DNA from: Eubacteriales bacterium
GTDB taxonomy: Bacteria; Bacillota; Clostridia; Oscillospirales; CAG-382
Direction: 5' to 3'
DNA: 64,000 nt
NCBI GenBank assembly: GCA_045595785.1
Contig: JAZOBE010000009.1
Coordinates: 5,017 to 69,016 of the forward strand
The position numbers and the translations under genes were made by a program. Of the stretch, positions 8,707 through 18,048 are shown piece by piece. Numbering within the stretch: the first letter of the stretch is position 1; each line of letters starts with the position of its first letter. Under the pieces are notes generated by a model, which was given only the letters and a program-made list of their open reading frames with translations, was not told the DNA's origin and made no database searches.

Positions 8707-8852
8707 CTTCAGGACGTTGGTTCGGTTAATTGTTGACATTAGTGTGGTGCGAACAGTTTGCGGGAGGGGAACGCAAAGCGTTAAACCCCTCCCCTACAGT
8801 TATCGAAACACCGTAACTTTTCTTGACATTTGTTTTGTTTACATATATAATA
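8707..8852 (+). repeat. promoter-carrying repeat, copy A
   Basis: The 132-nt core 8721-8852 matches 44841-44972 with 7 mismatches. It contains the hairpin GGGAGGGG-N17-CCCCTCCC and ends one base after a -10 hexamer. Confidence 0.9.
8823..8851 (+). promoter_or_regulatory. consensus sigma-A promoter TTGACA-17-TATAAT (inside repeat copy A)
   Basis: TTGACA at 8823-8828, TATAAT at 8846-8851. The ATG of the downstream gene is at 8885. Confidence 0.65.
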
Positions 8853-8884
8853 TAATTACACAAAACCGTTTTGGAGGGGACGAA

Positions 8885-10381
8885 ATGAAAAGAACGATAT
8901 CGTTTATACTTATAGCCCTTATGCTGTGTGCGGTGCTTGCTGCGTGTAATGACAATACAGGCGAGCAAAGCGTTACCGACGTTAGCGTTGGAGATACGGA
9001 ATACGGTGCAGACCTGCCCGTTAAGGACCTTGACGGCAGAGTTATACGTATTCTTTGCAGAGACTGGAACGCCAACGGAAGCGGAAGTATTCTTGGGTTT
9101 GGCGGTGAGATAATCCAGAGGGAGAATTACTCTGAGGACACGGCTTCTGCGGTGGACGTTGCAAAAGCAGAGGTGCGCCGTGTTATTGAAGAAAGATACA
9201 ACTGTGTGCTTACCGGTGATATAAAGGCAGGGGCACAGACCGAATTAAACCAGATAATACAGGACCAGATAGCATCCGGTGCCAGCGGAAGTGCGGCTTA
9301 TGATATTTTGTTTGATAACATTATATACACCGCAGGCTCCTGGATAAACGGGCTGTACGTTGACCTTGCGGATATTGATACGATCGACCTTTCCAACCCC
9401 TGGTGGGACCAGCAGGCGGTTAACGACCTTTCCCTTAACGGAAGCCTGTTCGTTGCCATGGGCGATATAAACACTCAGGATAACGACGGGACCTGGATAG
9501 TATTCTTTAACAAGCGTCTTGCAGGCGAGCTTGCCGCCGAATATGATTTTTACGATATGGTAGATAACGACGAGTGGAACATGGATAACTTTATATCCAT
9601 CTGCAAGGGCGTTACCTATGACAGCAGCGGTGACGGAACGCTGGACGAGTTTGACACCTGGGCGCTGGGCACCGAGCTTTACAACATCTACGTACACGCG
9701 CTGGCATCCGGTGAGAAGATCGCCGCAAAGGATGCAGACGATATGCCCTACCTTTCCTTCCAGACCGAGAGTATGTTTGATATTCTTTCGCAGATAAGCT
9801 CGTTCTACGGCGACAACAACACGGTTATGATTGCAGACGGCGGCAGATTTTCCGGAAAGGGATATCCCAACGTGTTTGAGGCAACGGTTGTAAAGGCGTT
9901 TACCGACGGCAGAGAGCTGTTCTACATGGGCGGATTGATGAATCTTACCGCGTTCCGCGCAATGGAGGACGATTTCGGTATGCTTCCCATTCCCAAGGGC
10001 AACCCCGAGCAGGACAGATATTATCACTCGGTATCCTACCACCAGACCTCCTCTCTGGCTATTCCTCTTAACACTCCCGACGTGGAGGACCTTGGTCTGG
10101 TTATAGAGGCGCTGGGCGCAATGAGCAAGAACAAGGTTACACCCGAATACTACGACCGCACCCTTAAGCTTCAAGCCACCCGTGACGATGAGTCCGGCAG
10201 AATGCTTGATATAATCTTTGATTCCCGTGTGTTTGACCTGGGTTATATCTACGGCTGGGGCGGAGTCGGCTCTGCTTTCTTTAACACTGACCCCAACTAC
10301 GCTTCCCGTTTTGAAGCGGTTGCGGACAAGGCGCAGACGGATATGGAAGAAACGCTGGAAATACTTGACGAATTAAAATAA
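8885..10381 (+). CDS. extracellular solute-binding lipoprotein (ABC transporter family 1-like), no permease genes adjacent
   Basis: The ORF track starts at 8717, but that N-terminus is translated repeat and promoter DNA. The ATG at 8885 has RBS GGAGGGGA and gives the lipoprotein signal MKRTISFILIALMLCAVLAAC. The protein is 498 aa. Confidence 0.7.
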   Translation: MKRTISFILIALMLCAVLAACNDNTGEQSVTDVSVGDTEYGADLPVKDLDGRVIRILCRDWNANGSGSILGFGGEIIQRENYSEDTASAVDVAKAEVRRVIEERYNCVLTGDIKAGAQTELNQIIQDQIASGASGSAAYDILFDNIIYTAGSWINGLYVDLADIDTIDLSNPWWDQQAVNDLSLNGSLFVAMGDINTQDNDGTWIVFFNKRLAGELAAEYDFYDMVDNDEWNMDNFISICKGVTYDSSGDGTLDEFDTWALGTELYNIYVHALASGEKIAAKDADDMPYLSFQTESMFDILSQISSFYGDNNTVMIADGGRFSGKGYPNVFEATVVKAFTDGRELFYMGGLMNLTAFRAMEDDFGMLPIPKGNPEQDRYYHSVSYHQTSSLAIPLNTPDVEDLGLVIEALGAMSKNKVTPEYYDRTLKLQATRDDESGRMLDIIFDSRVFDLGYIYGWGGVGSAFFNTDPNYASRFEAVADKAQTDMEETLEILDELK

Positions 10382-10394
10382 TCCCGTTACATAA

Positions 10395-10426
10395 AGGTTA
10401 CCGCGAAAAAGCGGTAACCTTTTTTT
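10395..10426 (+). terminator. rho-independent terminator
   Basis: AGGTTACCGC-gaaaaa-GCGGTAACCT followed by TTTTTT. Confidence 0.8.
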
Positions 10427-10523
10427 GGTATTGGGAAAACATATTATTGACTTTGTTTTTTATTAGAGTTATAATAAGGCGTTGTGCTGTGCATATTTTT
10501 ATATAGAAAGGGGGCGCGGAAGC

Positions 10524-11369
10524 ATGAATATAGGTATAGTTCTGGCAGGCGGATTCGCAAAGGGCGCATATCAGGTTGGCGCACTTAAGGCGATACGTGA
10601 ACTAATTCCCGTGGAAAACATCAAATATATAAGCTGTGCTTCTATTGGCGCTCTTAACGGATATGCATACGCCACCAACAAGCTGGAAAAAGCAGAGGAG
10701 ATGTGGAAGGGCTTTTGCGAAGGCGACGAGAGCATGTTTGTAATGAAGCTGCTCCGCGGTGAGAAGCTGCAGAACATTATTACAAACCTTGCGTCTCCCG
10801 AGGACAAGCTGGTATGCAAGATGTATACCACCGTCCTTAACATAAACACCATGAAGGTAAACTACGTTTCCATGAACGCGGTGAGACCCCACACAAGAAA
10901 ATATCTGCGCGCCGGTATTGCGCTGCCTATGTTCAACCACCCCGTAAAGATTGAGAACTACAGTTATTTTGACGGCGGCTTGGTTGACGACGTGCCTGTT
11001 TATCCCCTCATGCAGCACAAGCTTGATTATATTATCTGCATTTATTTTGATGATTGCTGGTATACCTTTGAGGATGAATATTTTGACAACAAGATTATTA
11101 AAATATTCTTCCCCGACCCTGCCCGTGCAAAAAATTCCTTTGTAGTTACCCGTGAGAACATTGACAATATGATGGAAGCGGGATATGAGCGGGCAAGAGG
11201 AATTCTTAACCGTGTGTTTGAAAACGGCATTGAGGATCTGGACAGCATTTATAAAAACATTACCGTCCTTAACAGCGAAAACCCCAAAAAGCGCATACGC
11301 TTCACCACCGATACCGTTATTACCGGTCTTAACAAGGTGGCAAAGAAGATAACAAAAATACAAAAATAA
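10524..11369 (+). CDS. patatin-like phospholipase family protein
   Basis: ATG at 10524 (MNIGIVLAGG..) with RBS AAAGGGGG. It has the oxyanion motif GGFAKGAY, a nucleophile elbow SCASIGA (GxSxG-like) and DGGLVDDVP (the catalytic Asp motif). Confidence 0.75.
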   Translation: MNIGIVLAGGFAKGAYQVGALKAIRELIPVENIKYISCASIGALNGYAYATNKLEKAEEMWKGFCEGDESMFVMKLLRGEKLQNIITNLASPEDKLVCKMYTTVLNINTMKVNYVSMNAVRPHTRKYLRAGIALPMFNHPVKIENYSYFDGGLVDDVPVYPLMQHKLDYIICIYFDDCWYTFEDEYFDNKIIKIFFPDPARAKNSFVVTRENIDNMMEAGYERARGILNRVFENGIEDLDSIYKNITVLNSENPKKRIRFTTDTVITGLNKVAKKITKIQK

Positions 11370-11371
11370 AA

Positions 11372-11398
11372 AGCACCGAAAAAATCGGTGCTTTTTTG
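11372..11398 (+). terminator. rho-independent terminator
   Basis: AGCACCGA-aaaaa-TCGGTGCT followed by TTTTTT. Confidence 0.8.
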
Positions 11399-11475
11399 TT
11401 CCCTCCAAGCTAACGTCTGTAGCCAAGTCTAAGCAAGGAAACTGTATAAACAAAGCTGAATGAACAGCCCCACGG

Positions 11476-12408
11476 CTATTTGCGCTGTGCGGCGCTGTAT
11501 TCGTCCCAAAACGCCTTTCCGTCAAATCCTGCGTAATCCTCGGGAATATTGTTGGGGTCAACGTCAATTCCGCCGTTTTCACGGGACATTTTGCCTGCCA
11601 GCATTATCTCGATAGAGGTGAGCATATCCTCAAGAGGAGCCATAAGGCTTTCCTTGCCCTCCATATAGTCACAGAACTGGTTAAGCATAGCCTCGTAAAC
11701 CTTGGAGGAATCTATCTTATAAACGTATGTGGTCTTGGTGGTGATAACGGTGAGGGTGGAGGGCTGCCAACCCTTCATACGCACGTGGTAGGTGGCGGAA
11801 ACACCGTTTTCAAAAAGCACGAAGAAGGTTTCGGTAGGTGCGCCGTCTGTAACGCCTGCGCCAACGTACTTGACTGATTTTGCCTTAACGCCGGGAAGGA
11901 ACGCGGTAATGCTTTCCACAGCGTGAATAGCGTAGTTGAACTCGTCCACACCCACAGTGGCGATGATATGGGTTATTTCCCCTCTCTCATCCGACGGAAT
12001 GGCATAAAAGGACTGATGCTCGTAGGTATATCTCATAGCAGAGGTGCCTAAGATGGTCTTGCCTTCCTTTGCCCAAGCGCGGAAAATTTCCATATCCTTA
12101 CGGTTACCGCAAAAAGGCTTATCCACAAACACGGGAACGCCTGCTTCCACAAAAGGACGGCAGGTCTCTACATGCTTATCCCAATCACATCCCTGAATAA
12201 AAGCGATATCCACCAGCGGAACCATCTCCTCCAAAGTGGCGCACTTGTGGGTCAGCCCGAACCTTTCCACAAAATTATTAACCTCCTCCTCGGTACGGAA
12301 GGAATCGTTATAAATTGCGGTATAGCGGGCACGGGAATCCTTTAAGAATATCTCTGCAAAGGAGGGCGCGTGGGAGGTATCAATATTAACGGTGCCTATT
12401 TTTATCAT
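11476..12408 (-). CDS. putative Gfo/Idh/MocA-like oxidoreductase
   Basis: 310 aa from the ATG at 12408 (MIKIGTVNID..). Assignment rests on the DKPF motif region and overall pattern. The Rossmann glycine motif is atypical, so the functional call is weak. Confidence 0.45.
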   Translation of the reverse strand: MIKIGTVNIDTSHAPSFAEIFLKDSRARYTAIYNDSFRTEEEVNNFVERFGLTHKCATLEEMVPLVDIAFIQGCDWDKHVETCRPFVEAGVPVFVDKPFCGNRKDMEIFRAWAKEGKTILGTSAMRYTYEHQSFYAIPSDERGEITHIIATVGVDEFNYAIHAVESITAFLPGVKAKSVKYVGAGVTDGAPTETFFVLFENGVSATYHVRMKGWQPSTLTVITTKTTYVYKIDSSKVYEAMLNQFCDYMEGKESLMAPLEDMLTSIEIMLAGKMSRENGGIDVDPNNIPEDYAGFDGKAFWDEYSAAQRK

Positions 12409-12476
12409 ACAAAAACACACATCCTTTTGTAAAAAGATTTATTACGTTTTGATTTTACCACCTCACCACCCCGTTG

Positions 12477-14576
12477 TCAATAGAATCTTACGGCGCACAC
12501 CGACATATCGTCTGCCGACCCGTTCTTGCGGCTTATCTCGGTAAGCGTAGTGGCGGCAACACGGAGATCCGCCCCTTTTGAAAAGGCTTTTGCTATGGCG
12601 GACGGGGATATATCCACCCCGTCGGACACCATTAAAACTATATCCCCTTTCTTTAATGAAAAGGAGGTCTGCTCCGGCACCACCTCTTTTATTATACCCA
12701 TTGGCGGTGTGCGGGATTTTATAATATACTGCTTGTCCCCACGCAGTAAAAAGCTTGGCGGTGCCCCTGCTTTTACTATTTTTGCACGGGCGAGGACACG
12801 GTCTGCTTCCAGCATATCCACGGTGGTGAAGGTCTCGCCCGGAGAGCGCGAAAGGGTATCCCCCAGCAGGTGGAGTGCTGAATTCATATCGCCGCCCACA
12901 CCTATTATTTTTTCAAGGTATAACGACGCAAGACGGGACACCATATTGGCTTCTCTGCCGCTTCCCATTCCGTCGGCAACAAGTGAATAAAAATATCCGT
13001 TTCCGTTTTCAAACATACTTACGGTGTCTCCGCACAGCGTTTCCCCGTCCTTAGCGGTAACCAATTTTACGGATTCGGTGCGCAGAGCAGGCACTGTGTT
13101 GAATACGGCGGTAACCTTTTCACCGCACAAAACAAACTCGGGCGGACAGACGCATCTGCCGACGGCACGGGCAATAACACGGGAAAAATCCCCTGAGGAA
13201 AGACGGATGCTGTCGGGCTGAACGCCGAACACCTCCACCTTACGCATACGCACGCCGGTAACCCGAACCTTTTCAAAATACACCCCGTTTTCGTTAAGTG
13301 CGTTTTCCACCTTTGGCACGGCGGCATCGTCCTCCGCAAGCTCGTTTTCCGCCTCCTTGGCAGAGACGGCAAGCATATTCGAAAAGCATTTGTACTGGTT
13401 TCCGAAATCCGCAAAGGTCTCTTTATCCTTGGCAAAGCTTTCCGCCGCACACTCTGTGGGAATTAAAGAAATTTCCTTGTAACTCGGGCATTTTTCACGG
13501 AGAGAAAAAGGCAATTCCTCAGGCAGGACCGTTTTTCCCTCACAGCACAGAGAGGTGAGATATGCGGCGATATCCTCCTTGTCCATACCGCATCCGCCGC
13601 AGGAGGCGCACACACCGCCCAGCTTGTCCTTTACGGCAGGATAGACTCTGTCACGCAAGGGGGACGAATACAAATCCGACATAGTAAAAAACAGACCCGA
13701 CAGCGAGGAAAACCCTGCGGCAAGGGATGCAAGCTTTGGCTCCGACGAGGAGAGGACTGCTTTTTGGGACGACGGCTTTTTCTTTACCAAAAAGGGTATA
13801 AACAAAAGTATTCCTGCCAATACGGCGGCGGCAACGGGAAGAATAATATCAAAGGACAGAATATACGCCCCTGCGGTTACCGACAGCATAAACGCCAGAA
13901 GCAGGGAAAACACAGGGGCGTCTCCGCAGAAAAGCCCGTGGACAAGACCGTATATTCCCGTTACGGGTATGGAATATATCCCCCCTGCAATACCGTATAT
14001 AAACCCTGCCGCGCCGGAAAGGGGAAAGCCTTTTTTGGTTGAAACTATTGATGTAAACAGCACAGCAGCCGCTGTTGCCACGGGAACGCCGTAAACCGAA
14101 AGCGGAGTAAAGGCACGGCACAATACCAGCCCCAGAGAAAGTATGTAAACCGAATCGAAAAACACGTTTTTGTCTTTACAAAACACAAAAACGGAAATAA
14201 ACGGCGGAAACAGAACGGCGCAGAGTGTGAGCACCAGATTATCAACTGCTTGTCCGCCCCGTAAAACAAGGGTAACGGCAAGAAGAACCGAATATGCAAG
14301 AGACAAAAGCAAACATCTTAACAGAGTGTGCTTTCTTTTTCGGAACAAAAGCCGTATTGCGGCGGTATACACCACGGCAGATGCGGTTACAAGGCGGTAT
14401 GACCCGAACAGGCAGGCGGAAATAAAGGCACCGATAAAGCAGGGAATGATATTTTCATCGGTTCCGCAGAGTAACGCCGTGCCGAAAGGGTAGACTCCGC
14501 CGTACAACGGGCAGGCGCCCGAAAGCAAGCCCAATAAAAACGGGCGCAGGGATCTGGTTACGGTTGACTTGGTCAT
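12477..14576 (-). CDS. spoIIE: stage II sporulation protein E (membrane-bound PP2C phosphatase)
   Basis: About 300 aa of polytopic membrane region followed by a PP2C domain (SLVADGMGSGREA, LMVSDGV). The ATG at 14576 is preferred over the TTG at 14609. Confidence 0.8.
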   Translation of the reverse strand: MTKSTVTRSLRPFLLGLLSGACPLYGGVYPFGTALLCGTDENIIPCFIGAFISACLFGSYRLVTASAVVYTAAIRLLFRKRKHTLLRCLLLSLAYSVLLAVTLVLRGGQAVDNLVLTLCAVLFPPFISVFVFCKDKNVFFDSVYILSLGLVLCRAFTPLSVYGVPVATAAAVLFTSIVSTKKGFPLSGAAGFIYGIAGGIYSIPVTGIYGLVHGLFCGDAPVFSLLLAFMLSVTAGAYILSFDIILPVAAAVLAGILLFIPFLVKKKPSSQKAVLSSSEPKLASLAAGFSSLSGLFFTMSDLYSSPLRDRVYPAVKDKLGGVCASCGGCGMDKEDIAAYLTSLCCEGKTVLPEELPFSLREKCPSYKEISLIPTECAAESFAKDKETFADFGNQYKCFSNMLAVSAKEAENELAEDDAAVPKVENALNENGVYFEKVRVTGVRMRKVEVFGVQPDSIRLSSGDFSRVIARAVGRCVCPPEFVLCGEKVTAVFNTVPALRTESVKLVTAKDGETLCGDTVSMFENGNGYFYSLVADGMGSGREANMVSRLASLYLEKIIGVGGDMNSALHLLGDTLSRSPGETFTTVDMLEADRVLARAKIVKAGAPPSFLLRGDKQYIIKSRTPPMGIIKEVVPEQTSFSLKKGDIVLMVSDGVDISPSAIAKAFSKGADLRVAATTLTEISRKNGSADDMSVCAVRFY

Positions 14577-14753
14577 TTTTTCTTTTTCCTTTACGTTTTG
14601 TTCACACAAAAGTATAAACCCAAAAAGGGGCGGAAAAGTGTGAAATAAACAAGCAAAATAAGAAATTTTATGTTGATTTATTTATTAAAAATGATATAAT
14701 AGTATAGATAATGGGAAAATATAATTTTTTGTGGCGCGGAAGGTGATGAAACC

Positions 14754-15464
14754 GTGATAAATGAATATCTTTGTTCTGACAACGCCGTTTTTGTAAAAGA
14801 TATGGACACGGGGGAGATAATTGTCTCCCACAACGCAGACAAGGTGTTTCCCTCTGCCAGCGTAATAAAGCTGTTCATCCTTTCCTATTACCTTGATAAA
14901 GAGGATACTACCCTGTCCGTTACCCGTAAGGATATGGTGGGCACCAGCATTATTACCGAATTAAAGGTAAAAGAAATTTCCCTCTCCCACGCACTTACCC
15001 TTATGATAGCGTTTTCGGACAACACCGCAACCAATATTCTTATAAAGCAGGCAGGAATGGAAAGCATAAACGCCCATATTAAGGATATCGGCTGTGAGAA
15101 CACTGTTCTTGCCCGAAAGATGATGGATTTTAAGACCAGAGAAAGCGGTATTGATAATCTTACCACCCTTGATGATTGCTGTAAGGTTATGGAGAGGCTT
15201 AAAAAGCACCCCAAAGCAATGGAGATGCTGGGCAAGCAAAGGTGCTATGAGAGATTGGGAAGATATATTTTCGGGGACGCACAGCTTTATCTTAAGGTTG
15301 GCGACCTTGACGACGTGTATAACGACGTGGGTATTATAATAACACCCGAAAAAAAGACAAGATTTGCAGGAGTGCTTTCGTATAATTACGACAGAAGCAA
15401 GGCAAAACGGCTTTGCGGAAAAACGGGGCTTATTGCCTGCGACAGCGACAGTATTTTGTTTTAA
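14754..15464 (+). CDS. class A beta-lactamase-related serine hydrolase
   Basis: 236 aa. GTG start with RBS GGAAGGTGA. SxxK (SVIK), SDN (FSDNTA) and a KTG-like KVG motif are present. Confidence 0.55.
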   Translation: MINEYLCSDNAVFVKDMDTGEIIVSHNADKVFPSASVIKLFILSYYLDKEDTTLSVTRKDMVGTSIITELKVKEISLSHALTLMIAFSDNTATNILIKQAGMESINAHIKDIGCENTVLARKMMDFKTRESGIDNLTTLDDCCKVMERLKKHPKAMEMLGKQRCYERLGRYIFGDAQLYLKVGDLDDVYNDVGIIITPEKKTRFAGVLSYNYDRSKAKRLCGKTGLIACDSDSILF

Positions 15465-15472
15465 GAGAAAAA

Positions 15473-17218
15473 ATGGAAAAAGTAAAAAGCTTTATTTGCA
15501 ACCACTATATAATAATACTTATATGCCTGCTTCTTGTTGCGGGAATAATTATCCCCCTTTGCAACGTGCAGACCTTTTTGGGACACGACGTATACTTCCA
15601 TATGACACGAATGGAAGCGTTGGCGCAGGAAATAGACGCAGGAAATATCCCTGCAAGGCTGTATTATTTCGTTTTTGACGGATACGGATATGCGTCCCCT
15701 ATGTTTTACGGAGACCTGTTCCTTATAATCCCAGCCCTTCTTATACTTATGGGCGTGCCTATGCCTTTGGCATACAAGGCGTTTATGATAATTTGTCTGT
15801 GCGCCTGCGTGCTTATGGCGTATTACTGCGGTAAAAGGATGTTTGTTAAAAAAAGCGCGGCAGTCTGCTTTGCATTTACCTATGCGGTATCCTCTTACTT
15901 TGCGGTGGACGTATTTACCCGTGCCGCCGTTGGTGAGATGCAGGCGTTTATCTTTGTGCCGTTGGCTTTCCTCGGACTGCACAGCATTATCAACGAAAAA
16001 GGGAAATACTGGTATTACCTGCCCATAGGTCTGGCGGCAATACTGTTTTGCCATCTTATTACCAGCGTTATGACAGCCTTTTTCCTGCTGGTATATGCGT
16101 TGCTTCACTGCGTCAAGCTGGTTAAAAACCCCAAAAAGATATTGGGAATTTGCGCTTGCGCCGTTGTTTTCGCTTTTATTTCGGCTTCGTTCTTGTTCCC
16201 CATGCTGGAGCAGCTGGCGGACACCAAGTTCCTTTCCACAGACGGGTCAAGCGCCACCATATTCGGTACTCTTGAGCAGAGAAGTATGACTCTGCGTCAG
16301 CTTTTCTCGCTGTTTAATTTCAGCGTTACCAACGACCCGTGGATACCCAACGGTATTGGCTATCTGCCGCTTATACTTGTGGTGTTCAGACTTTTTGCGT
16401 TGAGAAAAGCCAAATTCTGCTCGGGAGATATCTATTTTATTACCGCAAACGTATGCCTGCTTTTGATGTGTAACGTTTTCCCCTGGGAAAGCGAGCTTCT
16501 CCAAAAGCTGGTGGGAACAATACAGTTCCCTTGGCGAATAATGCTGTTTGCCACTCTGTTTCTGGCGCTGGCAACGGCTGAGTATTCCACCCGCCTTGAA
16601 AAAGAGGACGTGCGGATATTCACAAGCATTGTGTGTATTGCGGGAATTTGCGCGTTCGGAAGCGTGTATATCCCCCGCTACAACATTTACGCCGATTATG
16701 AGGAAAGCGGATATAAGGTCGTTTATTACAAGGATAAAAATATCGGCTATAACATCGGTACCGGCGAATATCTGCCTACCGGCACAAACCGTTCACAGCT
16801 TTACAACCGCGGAAACGTTATTATTACCGACGGTGTGAACGATAAGTTTACCCAAGAGAAAAACGGAGATATGTATGTTCCCATTCAAAGCGGTGAGAAA
16901 ATGGGAACGTATATAGATCTTCCTCTTATAAAATACAAGGGATATTCCGTTACCTTTACAGGTGAAAGCGGAAAAGAAACCTCACTTACCCCGTATTACG
17001 GAAAAAACAACGTGATTCGCGTTTATCTTAACGGTATAACCGAGGACGGCACCGTGCATATCACCTATTCGGGCACTGCAGTTCAGCATATATCCTTTGT
17101 TGTAAGCATACTGTCGGTTGCCCTGCTTTTGGGTTATATACTGTTCCGCTATTATAAGGACAAAAAGGCGGCTCCCGTTGAAGCAGAGGCTTACGAACCG
17201 GAACTTTCCGAGGAATAA
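15473..17218 (+). CDS. polytopic membrane protein, possibly a GT-C type glycosyltransferase
   Basis: ATG at 15473 (MEKVKSF..). About 12 predicted TM helices followed by a soluble C-terminal domain. The functional call is by architecture only. Confidence 0.4.
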   Translation: MEKVKSFICNHYIIILICLLLVAGIIIPLCNVQTFLGHDVYFHMTRMEALAQEIDAGNIPARLYYFVFDGYGYASPMFYGDLFLIIPALLILMGVPMPLAYKAFMIICLCACVLMAYYCGKRMFVKKSAAVCFAFTYAVSSYFAVDVFTRAAVGEMQAFIFVPLAFLGLHSIINEKGKYWYYLPIGLAAILFCHLITSVMTAFFLLVYALLHCVKLVKNPKKILGICACAVVFAFISASFLFPMLEQLADTKFLSTDGSSATIFGTLEQRSMTLRQLFSLFNFSVTNDPWIPNGIGYLPLILVVFRLFALRKAKFCSGDIYFITANVCLLLMCNVFPWESELLQKLVGTIQFPWRIMLFATLFLALATAEYSTRLEKEDVRIFTSIVCIAGICAFGSVYIPRYNIYADYEESGYKVVYYKDKNIGYNIGTGEYLPTGTNRSQLYNRGNVIITDGVNDKFTQEKNGDMYVPIQSGEKMGTYIDLPLIKYKGYSVTFTGESGKETSLTPYYGKNNVIRVYLNGITEDGTVHITYSGTAVQHISFVVSILSVALLLGYILFRYYKDKKAAPVEAEAYEPELSEE

Positions 17219-17937
17219 ACTCCGTATTGAGAATTGTATAATTCGTCCAGCGTGCCGAATTCATACCCTCTTGCCCGTATATCGGTGATAAGACGGGAAA
17301 GAATGGCGGCGTTGGTTACGGAATTGGGGTGGAGAAGAAGCACCATTCCATCGTGGAGTGAGGACATTATCTTTTGGTACGCCCATTCGGGGTCCTTTTG
17401 CTTTGAGTTATCCCAATCCGCATAGGCAAAGGACCAGAAAACGGTTTTATATCCCAAAGCGGTGGCGTTATCCAGCATTTGAGGGGACACGGTTCCCTCG
17501 GGGGGACGGAAGTATTTTTTCATTGTTACGCCGGTCTTTTCAAAAAGATGCTTTTCCGCCGAGGTCAGCTCGCTGTTTAGCTTTTCTGAAGAGACCACCG
17601 ACATATCTCCGTGGGAATATGAATGGTTGCAAATAAAATATCCCTTGGAATCGAGGGTTTTAATAAGCTCACCGTCGGTGTTCACAAAGGCGGGGAGAAT
17701 AAAAAAGGCGGCGGTTGCGTCCATATCCATTAAGGTTTGGGCAATAGCGCGGACGGATTCGTTGCCGTAGCCTGCATCGAAGGTTAGATAAACCTTTTTA
17801 TCCCCCTCCTTTCCCATAAACAGCGCTCCTTTTTCGGTAACCCATTTTTCACCGCCGTATACGACGGGCTGTCCTTCACCCGATTTGAAGTACCAGCCCG
17901 AGGAGGCAAAAGCGGAAAAGGGAAAAAGAAAAAGCAA
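17191..17937 (-). CDS. polysaccharide deacetylase (NodB homology), PdaA/PdaB-like
   Basis: Motifs LTFDAGYGNE, HSYSHGDM and LLLHP. The true start is probably an ATT at 17964 (see findings). The 3' end overlaps the convergent gene by 28 nt. Confidence 0.75.
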   Translation of the reverse strand: MLFLFPFSAFASSGWYFKSGEGQPVVYGGEKWVTEKGALFMGKEGDKKVYLTFDAGYGNESVRAIAQTLMDMDATAAFFILPAFVNTDGELIKTLDSKGYFICNHSYSHGDMSVVSSEKLNSELTSAEKHLFEKTGVTMKKYFRPPEGTVSPQMLDNATALGYKTVFWSFAYADWDNSKQKDPEWAYQKIMSSLHDGMVLLLHPNSVTNAAILSRLITDIRARGYEFGTLDELYNSQYGVYSSESSGS

Positions 17938-18048
17938 AACAAAAACAGATATTAATTTTTTAATAGTTGTTCACTTCCTTTCGGTAATATAGTTTTTGCA
18001 AAAGGAAGGGGAATAAAACGTAGTAATTTTTTGAAATGAGGTTTTTGT

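Noticed and set aside
10524-11369. Patatin-like phospholipase as the effector of an anti-phage signalling system (CBASS-like) or another defence island.
   Set aside because: No cyclase, nucleotidyltransferase, sensor or other defence-associated gene is adjacent. The neighbours are a solute-binding lipoprotein and an oxidoreductase-like gene, each with its own terminator. It is most simply a stand-alone lipase.
17191-17218. 28-nt overlap of the 3' ends of two convergent genes, considered as a possible antisense regulatory arrangement.
   Set aside because: Short convergent overlaps are common in compact genomes, and no additional structure or motif supports a regulatory role.
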